Shown: one piece after another, positions 48,800 through 61,069 of the stretch
Position numbering within the stretch: the first letter of the stretch is position 1
Layout of the letters: the number at the start of each line of letters is the position of its first letter
NCBI GenBank assembly: GCA_013239625.1
Contig: MU057340.1
Coordinates: 2,295,289 to 2,359,288 of the forward strand
DNA from: Lama guanicoe
Lineage: Eukaryota
Direction of reading: 5' to 3'
DNA: 64,000 bases
Program-made: the position numbers and the translations under genes
Notes under the pieces: model-generated
The model's input: only the letters and a program-made list of their open reading frames with translations
Databases searched by the model: none
Told to the model about the DNA's origin: nothing

Positions 48800-51480
48800 T
48801 TTTTAAAATTTACTTTCTAAATTAACATAGAGTAAAACTGACATTGCTTTTGGTCTATATAGTACTATGACTTTTAACACATGTATAGATTTGTGTAGCC
48901 ACCACCATAATCAGGATACAGAACGGTTTTATTACTCCCAAAAAAACTCCCTCTGTACTTACTTCTCACGCCTAAACGCTGGCAACCACCAGTCTGTTCT
49001 TTGTCACTATAGCTTTGTCTTTTTGAGGATGTCATACAATCGAATTGTACAGTGTGTAGCTTTTTGAGACCTGGTTTCTTTCATTCAACTTAATACCTTT
49101 GAGATTCATCCGAATGTTGTGTGTATAAACAGTTTCTTCCTATGTGTTATTGATTAGTATACCATTATTTGGATGTTAACAGTTTATTTTTCCATGAACC
49201 TGTTGAAGGACAGACATTTGGGCTGGTTCCAGTTGTTGACAATTACGACTAAAGTGGCTGTGAACATCTGTATACAGGTTTTTGTGTCAGTCAAAATTTT
49301 CTTTTCTCTGGTCAGATGCTGGCAGACTTTTTCTGTTAAGGACCAGATAGTGAATATTTTTGGAATTGTTGGCTGTGCAGTGTCTGTTGGAAGTATTCAA
49401 CTCTGCTGTTGTTGCAGAAAGCAGCCACGACCAATACAAAAACACAGGAGTCTGGTTGAATTTGGACCGCTGCTGGGTTTGGCCTGAGGGTGAATGCTCA
49501 GGGACAGGCTTGTTGGGCCATATGGCAAGTTCATGTTTAACTTTCTAAGAATCTATCAACCTGTTTTCCAGAGTGGTTGTATCATTTTGCAGTCCTACAC
49601 TTTCAAGAGTTTCAGTTGCTCCACATCCTTGGAAGCACTTGGTATAAGCAGCATTTATTTATACCATTCTGAGAGGTATGAAGTGATATCTTATCAAGGT
49701 TCCAATTTTTATTTTCCTAATACGTAATGATTATTTGCTGTCTCTATATCCTTTTGGTTGAAGTGTCTTTTGAAGTCTTTAACCCATTTAAAAAAATAGA
49801 TTGTTTTTTTTATTACAGTTGAATTCAGAGAGTTTTTTTTTTTTAAATATATTCTGGATAGAAGTCTTTTGTTTGATACATAATTTGAAAATATGCTCTC
49901 AGTCTGTAGCTTTTTTTTCATTGTCTTTATAGTATCTTTGCAGAAAAGTGCTTTTAATAAAGATAGTTTATCGATTTTTTCTTTTATGGATCATGCTTTT
50001 GGTGGCATATCCAAGAACTCCTTGGCTAACCCAAGTCTGCAAAGATTTCTTCTATGTTTTCCGCTAAAATTTTGATAGTTTTATCTTTTACGTTTAGAGC
50101 TAGGATCGATTTTGAATTAAGTTTTTGTATAATGTGTGAGATGTAGGTTGTGGGGTTTTTTTTTTTTTTTGGCATATGAATGAGCAATTATTCCAACATC
50201 ATTTGTTGAAAAGACCATCTTTTCTTTATTGAATTGCTTTTATACCTTTGTACAAGATCAGATGGCCGTATCTGTGTAGGTCTGTTTCTGGACTCTGTTC
50301 TGTTCCATTTGACCTACTTGTGTATCCATTTGCTAATGCCATACTGTCTTAGTTACTATAGCTCTATAGCAAGTTTACAAATAGAGTAGTGCAATTCCTT
50401 TAACATTGTATTTTTCTTTCAAAATTGTTTTAGCTAGTTCCTTTGCCTTTTTAAGTGAATTTTAGGATCTGTCTACATCTAGAAAAAAATCCTGCTGAGA
50501 TTTGACTGGAATTGTGTTAAATCTACAGATTAGTTTGCATCTTTACTATGTTTACTCTTTCAGTTCATGGATACAGAATGTCTCTCCATTTATTTAGTTC
50601 CTCTTTGACTTCTTTCATTAGTGTTTTGTACTTTTTAATATTCTGTTACTATACATGTTTTATTAGCTTTACCTGTATTAAATTTTTTGGAGCTATTATA
50701 AATATTAAAAAAATGATTTCCACTTATACATTGTCAGTGCGCAAAAAATGGTTCATTTTTGTGTATTGCTCTTGTATCCTATATCCTTGCTAACTTTACC
50801 TCTTACTTGAGTTTGTTTTTTTCTGTTTTGTAGATTCTTTGAGATTTTCTCTGTGGACAATGAATGTCATCTGCAAATAGACAGTTTTCTTTCTTTCTTT
50901 CCAATCTATTTGCCTTTATTTCTTTTTCTTGCCTGATTACACTGGCTGAGACTTCTAGTATAATATAGAATAGGAGTGTTCCTGTCAATTTGTAGTTTGC
51001 TGAGAGTTTTTTTTTTTTTTTGACATGAACGGATATTGAATTTTCACAATTGTCAATTAATGTGGTTATGATTTTTTCCTTTTTTTTTATAGTCAATATG
51101 TTAGATTACCCTGATCTGATTTTTGAATATTGTACCAGTCTGGCATTCCTGGGATGAACCTCACTTGTCCATGATGTTTTTTGGGGTTTTTGTTGCAGGT
51201 GGTGGTGGTGGTTTTTTTTTTTTTTTTTTTTTGTATAACTGGATTTTTTTTTTCAGTAGTATTTTGTTGAGAATTTTTGCATCTGTGTTCATGAAGGTAT
51301 TGATCTGTAGTTTTCTCTTTTATACTTTCTTTGGTTGGTATCAGGGTAATATGAAATAAGTTGGGGAGTTTTCCCTCTTCTGTTTTCTAGAAGTCTTTGC
51401 GTGGAATTGGAGTGATTTCTCCCAGTTTTGGTAGAATTTGCTAGTTAAATTATATGGGCCTGGAGATTTATTCTTCAGAA
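48800..51480 (-). mobile_element. Old L1 (L1MC-like) 3'UTR plus ORF2 remnant
   Basis: 3'UTR atagatttgtgtagccaccaccataatcaggatacagaac. ORF 50803-51096 ASVIRQEKEIKA...LFADD contains the RT catalytic motif. Multiple stops and frameshifts. Confidence 0.92.
49313..49486 (-). mobile_element. MER58A nested in L1
   Basis: ggcagactttttctgttaaggaccagatagtgaatattttt ... tcaactctgctgttgttgcagaaagcagcca. Confidence 0.8.
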
Positions 51481-53374
51481 GGATTTTCTTCCCATGAGGT
51501 GGGGGCTAAACTCAGGGTTGGAAACATTTCCCTGGTTCACATGGAGCTTCCCAAATAAAAAGCTCTGGCAGTTTTCCTGACCTCCAGTAAGATCTAGAGA
51601 CACTACAGTGATGGTTAAGACCGTCCCTGCCAATGCCGTTTTGCTTGACATTTCTAGGCTATTATCCATTTCCTCATTTTGCTTCTCTGAATTGATGGGT
51701 GTTGGTAAGAATTTCAATATGTTGCTGTGCTGAAAAGAAAGCATTTTCTTTTTTGTAAATTTACCGTTTCCTTTTTCTTTTCTCCTCCCTGCCCCTTTCT
51801 TTTTTATTGCTTTTTCAGGCTCCTATTTTTCATCATTTTGTTAAGTATTATTGAAGGGAGGGAATGCTCGTCCTTAGGCTCTGCCATCTTTACCCATTTG
51901 TCTGTAAGAATTGTTCTTCCTTTTTCTATCTTTGGGACTATTTACAATTTTACCTTTTGATTTTGCACTTCATGTCCTATTTTATTGGCTTGAGTTTTAA
52001 CCTGTGCCTGAGTACTGGTTGCAGAATTGGTAAAAATTGGAGCTACATTACTGGTAAACAGAAGCAGCAGTAAAGGGAACCAAATTCTTGGGTAACCTAC
52101 AACCTGGGAAAACTGGTTCTTTTAATGAAATTTGAATTGTAGGCACTGTTTGCATTTGAGAGAGAAGTAAGAAGATGATTTAATATCCAAAAGAAGTAAT
52201 TTGCTGAATTTACTGATGTTACTGACTTGATAGTAAAGGAATAAGCCAAAGAGACATTAATGTTTTCCTTTCCTAGGAGACATGGAGCATATTCAGAAAA
52301 AAATTATTTTCATTTCGTTCCAACAGTAATTTGGACAGTATGCAATACCCAAAGTCTTGGGAAGGGTTATATGCCATCTTTTGCATTGCTGCTTGTTTTT
52401 GTGGCATTTTCTAGATCTTTATTTCTGATTTAGCAGACAGTTTGCTATAACTGGACAAAAGAGACAAGATTATACACAAATACAGCACATTTACATGGCA
52501 GCTTGTGTGAGTGACATTTTGCTGGAAGCCTCTTAGAAACTTGTCTTGTTGCAGAAACACCACTGGGGGATTAGTAGCTCATAGCATCTCCAGTGGAAGC
52601 AAAAGACTATCTGAAAATGGGAAATTGGAGTTGGAACCAGAAATCACAAATACAAGAAAATGTGGCAGTGTGTAAGCAGTGAGACAGTGGGCTGATTTTC
52701 AGATGATCAGACTCTCGTACCAGTCATGATAATGAGGTATGGGGGTCCTGAGATTTTGCCATGACAATTTTCTTCTCTATCTTTCTTCAGTTCTCTACTC
52801 TTCACTTAAGACTTATCTTCGGCTTGTGAACTTTGACCTGTCTTCCTATTTTCCTAAGAAAAATCTCATTTTCCTGTTCCTCTTCAACCCTGTGTCCATT
52901 CTGCTCAGTGCCAGCTTGATCGAATGCAGCTTCAGCCTTGCTTTCTTGGGTTCCTTTGGTGTCTTTTTCACTTGTGTTGAAAGATGGGGCCAGGCTGCCA
53001 GATGGTCCCTTTGCTCCTCTGCTGTGGGCTTCTCTCTCCCCTCAGGCTACTATCTACTTGACTCAGCCCTCTGTTGGCGTTCACGACGCACCATTGTGCT
53101 TTTTGCCTCTGCCCTCTCTGTCTGCAGATGTTGGTGATCCAAAAGGGGTGGCTTAGCACTCCCCGCCCTTCTCTCCGTGGGTGGTCCTGTCTGATCCCAG
53201 CCACAGTTCATTAAGTACATCCAGGTGGGCCACAGACTCTCGCCATCACCACAGACAGCATGGAGCTCTCCTCCATTTAGGACAGTGCTCCTTATGCTGA
53301 GTGTTTTGTTTGCTTTCCAGGCCCTCCTACACTGGTCTTGAAATCCTTTTCCTGCTCTTCTTCTTTAAAAAACA

Positions 53375-53690
53375 TTTTTTTTAAATTGAAGTTTAGTTGA
53401 TTTACAATGTTGTGTTAATTTCTGGCATGAAGCATAGTTATTTAGCTATACATATATGTATATGTTCTTTTCCATATTTTTTTCATTATGAGTTATTATA
53501 AGATATTGAATATAGTTCCCTGTATATACAGTAGGACCTTGTTGTTTATCTGTTTTATATACAGTAGTTTGTATCTGCTAAACCCAGACTCCTAATTTAT
53601 TCCTCCCTCCCTTCCTCTTTGGTAACCGTAAGTTTGCTTCCTATGTCTGTGAGTCTCTTTCTGTTTTGTAAATAACTTCATTTATATTAT
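53375..53690 (-). mobile_element. Lineage-type (artiodactyl/camelid) L1 3'UTR
   Basis: aattgaagtttagttgatttacaatgttgtgttaatttctgg ... ggtaaccgtaagtttg...ctatgtctgtgagtct. Confidence 0.9.
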
Positions 53691-53704
53691 GAAAAAATTT
53701 TTTC

Positions 53705-53880
53705 TTAAGATACATGTGTGAATATTTATTTAGAATGAAAAAAGAAATCACAATGAATTACAAATTTTTAGAAGTTGACAAGACCACAAACATCACAAAA
53801 TCCAAAAATAAAATCTTTGTTAATGGCCTGGAATACTTTTTTTTTTTTTTTTTTTACAATTTTTGAATACATCTTCTTTT
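53705..53880. mobile_element. Zaphod/MER115-like hAT-Tip100 internal fragment
   Basis: gtgaatatttatttagaatgaaaaaagaaatcacaa...ccacaaacatcacaaaatcca matches the consensus as I recall it. Confidence 0.55.
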
Positions 53881-54133
53881 GTTCTTCCAATTTTATTGAG
53901 ATATAGTTTACAGCACTGTATAGATTTAAGGTGTACAGCATAAGATTTGATTTACACACATCATGAAGTGATTATCACAGTAAGTTGAATGAACATCTAT
54001 TGTCTCAAAATTAAAGAAACAGAAAAAAATTTTTTTTCTAGGATGAGAATTTTTAGGATTTACTCTCTTAACAGCTGTCCTATATAATATGCAGCAGTCT
54101 TAGTTACATGTACCATGTTGTACATCACATCCC
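53881..54133 (-). mobile_element. L1MA9-like 3'UTR fragment
   Basis: ttttattgagatatagtt...tttaaggtgtacagcat ... taggatttactctcttaaca ... catgttgtacatcacatccc. Confidence 0.8.
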
Positions 54134-54334
54134 TCCTTTCCCTCTGTCCTCGGCCTCAGTCAGGTCCTCTCCCCTGTGCGTGGCTACAGCCTCCTACGTG
54201 GCTTTTCTCCATCATCTACCTTCTTTGAATCATTTATACTCCTCCATCTAGTTTGCCCACCTTGACACACGAATGTCTCTAATCCTGTCCGCCTTGGTTT
54301 TCTTGTCTCTCCCCTTCACTCAGGAACCTTCATA

Positions 54335-54820
54335 GTGCATATTCTTTGACCCAGAATTTCTACTCCTACTAGGATTTAACTTGCAAATTTACAGAGACAA
54401 ATGCTTGCGAAGACCAATACTGAGTGGTGTTTGCTGTCATGTTGTTTGTAACAGCAAAAGTGGGTAACGACCTCTCTGTCCATCAGCAGAGCACTGCTTA
54501 AATAAATAAATAAATGTAGAGCTCTACAGTGAATAAAATGCCCTCTGGTATTTAATAATGAGGTAGGTACATATTTGCTGATACGGAACAAACTCCAAGG
54601 TATGTTGGTCAATTGAGAAAAAGAAGGGGAAGGAACATGATAGTGTATATATTAATATATTTCTCCTGTATTAAAGCAGGATGAGTTAATGCACACTTTT
54701 GAATATTCATAGAATGTTTGTGGAATGTTACCTAACACAGTTTTCTATAGTTTACTTTTTTAACCATGTGTATGTATTACATTTTCCCTAAAGAAAACGG
54801 AATTAATAAATAAACAAAAT
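54335..54820 (+). mobile_element. L1ME-like 3' fragment
   Basis: ctttgacccagaatttctactcct ... ttgtttgtaacagcaaaa ... gtccatcagcag. Confidence 0.7.
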
Positions 54821-55289
54821 CTTACAGGTGCTCCTTATGGACTATAGGAGCAAGTCTGAATTTCTGAGCCAGCTTTCTATTAAAGCGCCTTTAGATGTGG
54901 CTGGGTAGGTGTTTCCAGCCTCATTTATATTCCTTTCCTTTGCCTGGTCTTTGTTAGCCAGCCTGAGCCCACTGAAGAGAGGCACAGACGTCTCACCACG
55001 GGTGTGGTGTGGTGTGGGCACAGCCTCAACAGAATGGGCACTGGGCACTGGACCCTTTAGTTACTGGATGGCAGAGACATGTGGGAAGTCCCATGGGGGT
55101 AGCGGTGGGGACGGAGGGTGGCCAGGTGGCCGGTGGTGGGGGTAATGGGGGCAGAGCTAACATAGGAGAGGGAGGGCTGGGGTAGCAGCCGTATACCTTC
55201 TGATGTGGAGGTTTGGGAGACTAACCACCAGTGCAGCTGTTCTGCTCTCTCTGCTCTGAATGTCAACCCCAGATGTCCTTTCTGTGACT

Positions 55290-55600
55290 TCTGCTTGCTG
55301 ACCTGAGCATGTACCCGGGCCCTCTTTTCCACCTGGAACACTCTGTCCTTAATCTCTGCCCTTGCAGACCCTGCCAGCCCTTCAAGGTGGGCTGAGATCA
55401 TCCTCTCTCTCACTCTGGACTGTGGGTTATCACATTCTGCTCTCTGAAGCTCTGAGCCTGTTTGGTTTCTGGGTTTCCACATTTATCTCTTTCTACATAA
55501 AATTATTGTTTTTTTCCTTATCTCATGTCCCCTGCTAAAGATGTTAATGGCATGCTGGTAAGACCAGAGTGATTCATTCATCTTTGTATCCCCTCTGCCA
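55290..55600 (+). mobile_element. L2 fragment
   Basis: ccacctggaacactct...cccttcaagg; attcatctttgtatccc. Confidence 0.5.
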
Positions 55601-55929
55601 CATGAGATTTCCCAGGACTCTTATTGTGTTGAGTGTTTGGTCTGGCCCCTCTGAGTATAGTAAAACTCAGTGTGATGGTCCTGACTTCTTGTTTGGAAGA
55701 TTCTGTCCCTCTGAGATACCTCAAGTGGTACCTAAACTGATGAATGATGAAAAGAGGTTCGAGCAAGAGGAATTGCTGCTCCTTCAGTAAAGAAAATTAG
55801 CAAAGGCATATCTGGGGTGTGATGGGAGGATGGGGGAGACTCGGGGTTGCCCCGGAACCGATGGCTGAAAGAGCCCTCCACTGAGCATTGAGTACACGTC
55901 CTTGTCACCCAGACACAAGGTGGTAGTAT

Positions 55930-56488
55930 TGATATCGAACGTGGTTCAACTGCTCACCGCTCAAAAATCAACACTCTAGAGTGGCACTATTGATGGAAAG
56001 GAAAGTTTTTTTTTTAATCAGAATGCTGGCAATGGGGGGAGATGTTGGACTCAGTGTTCCCAAAATACCATCTCTGAAGATTCTGCTCAGCCATGAAAGT
56101 TTTAAAGGGAAAATAGTAATCTCAGTTGATTATTGAGATGGGGACAGTGACGGGGTGGTCAGAAGTTTAGGCTTGTCAACATCTTGTGAATTTCCCTCAG
56201 TTGCTCTCTTGTTCACATTTTGTTCCTAAGGTGACTGAAGGAGAAGCTAGGGAAGAGATTGGTCATCTGTTAATTACTTATTCTCCATTTCTACTTCTTT
56301 GATTTACAGAAAAAACCAACAGGTTAGGCAAGATATTGTGTGATCAAAAGATCTGAAAGGTGTGCTTAGGCTGGAGGTGAGTAGGGCATGGGGGTGCCTG
56401 GTTTAAGGTTAGTGACAATATAGTTCTGCTAAAGTGACAAGAAAAGGGGTTTCCTGCTGCAGTGGTTTCCTGCAAAGAGCTGCTTACA
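55930..56488 (-). mobile_element. ERV1-class solo LTR
   Basis: TG...CA termini; 4-bp flanks gtat and gtac; aaggaaagttt...ttaatcagaatgctggcaa antisense R/U5 pattern. Confidence 0.8.
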
Positions 56489-56916
56489 GTACCTGTAAAA
56501 TGGGGGCAGTTATAGTACCTGTAAAATGACTCAGGAATGTGCATCAGGCAGTGAGTCCGTGACTATTGTCAACTGCTTGAGGTTGCTCTTTTGTGAGTCA
56601 GGGAGGCCTGAAAGACTTCAGGATTTGTATAAACAAGAGGCAGGGACTGGGTGCAGAGTCCTGCTCAGTTTTAGTGTTTGTGTTTCCCAGATCAGCCCAG
56701 GAAGCTTAGCAAGGAATCGAAGACTGCAATTCTCTCAGTTTGCAATGTAGATAGATTTTCATTAATGTTTTTACTTACGTGTTTCTCTAACTTATTATTT
56801 TATGTGAGAACTTTTCATGTTTTTTAGCTAGCCTTTTTTTTCTCCTCCGTTTTCCTCCCCAAGAACGAAAAAGTACTGACTTGTGAAGCCAGTCGTCACA
56901 TTTGACATTCTGCTCG

Positions 56917-57414
56917 TGTTACGAGCCCAAACTTGTTCTGCTCGCTGCACAACAGACGGATAAATCGGGAGATGAGGTGTTGGGACAAGGAATAGCGACT
57001 TTATTCTGAAAGCTGGCAGATTGAGAAGATGGCATCCTAATGTCTTGGATAACCATCTTCCCCAAGTCAGAATTCAGGCTCCTTTTATCCTAAAAAAGAG
57101 AGGGTGTGGTTGGTTGTTGCAAACTTCTTGGTGCTGGCATCCTTTGTTCTTGAAGCTGTCCACATAGGTAGATCATGCTGTTCCTATAAATGTTATCCTC
57201 TGTTCTGCAACTTTTTATCTGTACATAAATGGAGAAGTGTCATACCTTTAAAGGTCGGAGCCTTGAGACTGAGCTGTCCTGAATATTTCAGACTATAGGC
57301 AACATTCTTTTAAAAAAAGGTGCAGAACCAGTATGACTGAGCACCGGAAACAGAGCACAGGGTTAGAGCTAAAGGAACAGATCTATGGAGTCAGCTTTGT
57401 TCTTCCCTATTACA
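56917..57414 (-). mobile_element. ERV1-class solo LTR, artiodactyl MER41-like
   Basis: TGT...ACA termini. Antisense poly(A) signal (gactttattc) and TATA-like (cttttatcct). End motif agagctaaaggaacagatctatggagtcag. Confidence 0.8.
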
Positions 57415-57508
57415 CCAGCTGGGATACCTTAAAATGTTTCTCCTATCTCTGTTACCTAGTTAGAGATTTAAGAGTTTGCCTTGTTTGGCTTTATTCCATC
57501 TTTCATCG

Positions 57509-57711
57509 CAGGGGTCAGCAGACTATTGGCTATGGGCCAGTCACTGCCTGTTTCCGTAAATAAAACTTTACTGGGACGCGGCCTTACCCATTCATTAATG
57601 GATTGTCTGTGGCTGCTTTCCTGATGCAAGAGTAGAGTTCAGTAGTTTCAACAAAGACCATCTGGCCCCCAGACTCTTTGTCACTCTTCAGAAGAAGTTT
57701 GCTGGTCCCTG
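57509..57711 (+). mobile_element. MER58A
   Basis: caggggtcagcagacta ... gtaaataaaactttactggga ... aagtttgctggtccctg terminal inverted repeats. Confidence 0.87.
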
Positions 57712-57799
57712 GCTGCCTTGTGTTGAATTGGCCCCCCTTTCCTTCTCCCCAGCCCACCCCACCCCAAGATCACGTCCTCTCCTTGGTTCTTCTTTTGTG

Positions 57800-58252
57800 T
57801 TCATGTCATGACCTATATTCCCAGGACAGACCCCTCCCGTATATCCTCTACTGTAGCTCCTCTCTAAAGTACCCAGATCATAGTATCTCATGAATATTTC
57901 CTGAGTTTTTCAGATGCTAAAAACCACCAGCAAAGGGAAGAAGTGAATTACTTGATAATCGAGAGTGTGTTACCCCCAGACCTTCTGGCGCCTAGGGGTT
58001 GATAGTGTTGACCACCCTGTTACCTCCGCCTCAACCATAAGCTGATCATGTACCTGTGTCACCCCCCCACCACACCCCAGGTCTTTAAATATGCTTTGCT
58101 GAAACCCTTTGGGGAGTTCGGGGTTTTCTTGGGTGTGAGCTGCCCCGTCCTCCTTGCTCAGCCCTGCAATAACGCTTTCTCTGCTCAAACTCTGACAATT
58201 CGGTTTGTTTGGCCCCACAATGTGTCAGGCACACGAACTTGCATTTGGCAAT
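57800..58252 (+). mobile_element. ERV1-class solo LTR (LTR39/MER39-like)
   Basis: ctttaaatatgctttgctgaaaccctttggggagttcggg ... ccctgcaataacgctttctctgct ... tcaggcacacgaacttg. Left boundary uncertain. Confidence 0.7.
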
Positions 58253-58479
58253 GTCATGACGGGCAGGTGCCCAAGCCTGGATATGAGTGAAGGTCTCCGG
58301 TGTGTCTGACTCCAGAGAGCAGCCTCTTACCTCCTGTGCTCTGCTGCAGCCTCATGCAAAACGGGCTGAGGCTCAAGCTGGTCTTACTTGATCTTTAAGG
58401 TGCGTTTGAACTTCTGCCTCCTTTTATCTCCCCGACTTCTTGCACCTAGAAATAGAAATTCCTTTGTGGTTTCTTTTCC

Positions 58480-59525
58480 TTACCCCTCCTCTGACTTTTG
58501 CATCTTGAATGGAGGCATTCCTTGAGGTTCTTCTCTGTCACCCTTCTCTTACGGTGAAAGCTTAAAGAGCTATTGTTGTACATAAAACCCTAAATCTGCT
58601 TTTCCTTGTAAACTAAATCCTGGTCCTGACCTTCCCCAAAGCTCCAGCTCATTCTTTCTAATGTCTTATTGGACTTCTCTCACTTGTCCCCTTGAGATCG
58701 CAAACTCATTTTCTCCCCCAGGATCAGTTCTGTCCATGCCCTCAGGGTTTCTGTTCATGACACTACTGTTGTTCCAATCACTGAGGTTCAGAAGGTAGTG
58801 ATCATGTTTCTCCTCACCCTTTTTCCTCACCTCCCGTCAACTTCTGTGTGTCATATGTGTTTGTCCCAGTGTGTCCCATTCCTGCTCCTTCAACCCCAGG
58901 CCAACCTTTACAACGCCGTTTACTTACTTTACTTACATTTAATTAATTACTTACGTAGCCTCTTTCTGTGTTTAGTGTTCCAGGCAAGGAATATCAGACT
59001 GCCTCACGGTGCCCTCTCCTCTTGGCCAGACTGTGCTTCAGAAGCCTTCTCAGCCCAGTCAGTGACGGCACTCCAGTCCATCCCTCCTCTGATTTACTTA
59101 TGCATGTACAGTGAATTTCCCGGAAGTGCAGCATCATTATGTCATTGATCTGCTTAGAAGCTCAGCGGTTCCTTAGCAGTTAGACAATTCAGTGGTCCCA
59201 ACAAGTGGTTCCTTACTTCCCACCTCTGTGCTATTCCTTCTTCCTGGAATGCCTTTCACATCTTCCAAAGCCCATCTCAGTTGTTATTTGTGGTTTCTTT
59301 GATTTCCAAGCCACTGAGTTTTTGCCCTTCCAAGCCTCCGTATTGCTTTGTTGAGCCCTTTCTTACACAACGTGGCCTTTACATGTGCCGTGGTGACTGG
59401 GTGACTTGTCTTAGTGTCAGTTCACTGCGCTACTCATACACTGGAGCAGGGACTCTTCTCTGCTTAACCAATGTCGAAGATGCCTTGAAAATGCTTAATA
59501 AATATTTGTTGAATCAGTCTGAATG
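58480..59525 (+). mobile_element. L2 fragment(s) with 3' end
   Basis: Ends atgcttaataaatatttgttgaat. Internal gctattccttcttcctggaatgcctt. Confidence 0.75.
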
Positions 59526-59845
59526 GGCGCATGGGAGAAAGATCATGTGGTTGGCCATGAAACTTAACAGCTCTCCTTCCAGTATCCCTAATATACTATT
59601 AAGTTGCTCAACATATGCCCTTGGTAATATTTAAGTTTTAAAATATTGTTATCTTAAGTTTAAGTCCCAACACACTCCAGTTCAGTGTGACTGCACACAA
59701 AGAAGTTAGGGGCAGCTCCCACGGCAGTTTCCCTGTCTGGGCCACTGACTCAGCTCTTTGGCATTGAGCCTGCCTCTTGGCCATTCCGGGCTTCGATTTT
59801 CTCATTTCTAAAGTGGATATGGCTGAATATCTTTTTCTGGTAGAG

Positions 59846-60017
59846 CAGCAGTACCAAGAGGTGGGTTTTGCCCCCTAGGGGACATGTGGCAATGTCTGGG
59901 GACATTTTTGGTAGTCACTTACCAGGGATGCTGCTGGACTCCTTCACTGCACAGGACAACACCCAACAGAAAATGATTTGGTCCAGAATGTCAATAGCGT
60001 TGGAGTTGAAAACACTA
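59846..60017 (+). mobile_element. MER20 with internal deletion
   Basis: ttttgccccctaggggacatgtggcaatgtctggggacatttttgg ... cagaatgtcaatagcg. 8-bp flanks tggtagag and aggtacag. Confidence 0.87.
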
Positions 60018-61069
60018 AGGTACAGCCTACTAGGACTCAACTCTCACTTTAATTAATTGAATGAGTATTATAAACCCTGGTATTTTAATTATAATTTAAT
60101 CTAGGAGGAGACTTACTCTTTTTCTGAGAGGTGTTCTGAGATGCAAGATTGTTTTCATTTTCTTAGTGTTTAAGCAAGTGGGGATATTTTCAACATCATA
60201 GAGGCTTAAAATGTATGTAATTTAAAATCATATCCACCTTCATCACATTGGGTCAGTAATTCTCCAGGTTTCTATCTTAGTATTAGAACACTTGAAAGAA
60301 TTTGTAAGGAAGAAGATCAGAAAAAATTGGAAACCACATATATGTGGGCTGAATGTGGATTTTAAATAACTGGAGGAATTTAAAGTGAAACTTCTTTCCC
60401 TCTTAATCTCCTAAGTATCATGTGTACAGGTGTTGTCTGGGGGAGTTCCTGAAGTTTGATGAGGGTGGAGCCTGGGCAGTGTGGGGCCAGAGAATGCACC
60501 CAGTTAGTGATGCTTTACAATTTCGTGAGTCTATCTTGTTAAAAACATCAGAGCCCACCAAAGGAATAAAGCCCATTTGGAGGTAGCATGACTGGTCTAG
60601 TGCACGGAGGCCAGTAGTGTGCGTGCACAGTGCTTGCTACCTTAGGGTGCCAGCAACCCAGTCAGCACCTCTTGCCAATTGCAGACACCAAGGAGGGGTT
60701 CCCTCTTCCTATGGATGTGTTTGGAGCAAGTTGGGAAGACAAGATCATTTGCTCTTGCTTTTTCCCTTTCTCCTTCTGTTTCTCCATGGATGAGCTGTGG
60801 AATGCTACCAGGTACAAGAAGAGAAAAGATAATTTAATGTATGGAGAATCACTGTTTTGGAATGAACTCAGAACCACATTCTAAGAACTTAGTATATGAA
60901 GTTCACACAATTGCAGTAATTGGCAAAAATATAAAAGTAATTGAAATCTATTGGAGGAATGAAAGTATTTACGTATTAAAAGGTTTAGGTGATTTGGTGT
61001 TCACACTTATACCCCAGTGCCACTGACTGATGATAACGAGAGAAAACTCCAACTCTCCGATTCCAGCAG

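Noticed and set aside
52420-52450. RT-like LADSL motif
   Set aside because: Not YADD/FADD, followed almost immediately by a stop, with no other RT motifs recognised.
56488-56528. Direct repeat agtacctgtaaaatg x2
   Set aside because: A small local duplication in MIR-like sequence. No array structure.
56917-57414. STAT1 GAS site within the MER41-like LTR
   Set aside because: I found no TTCNNNGAA by eye. The nearest are TTCTTGAA and TTCTGAA, with wrong spacing.
55930-57414. Provirus bounded by two antisense LTRs
   Set aside because: The LTRs are dissimilar, and the roughly 430 bp between them shows no primer-binding site, gag, pol or env.
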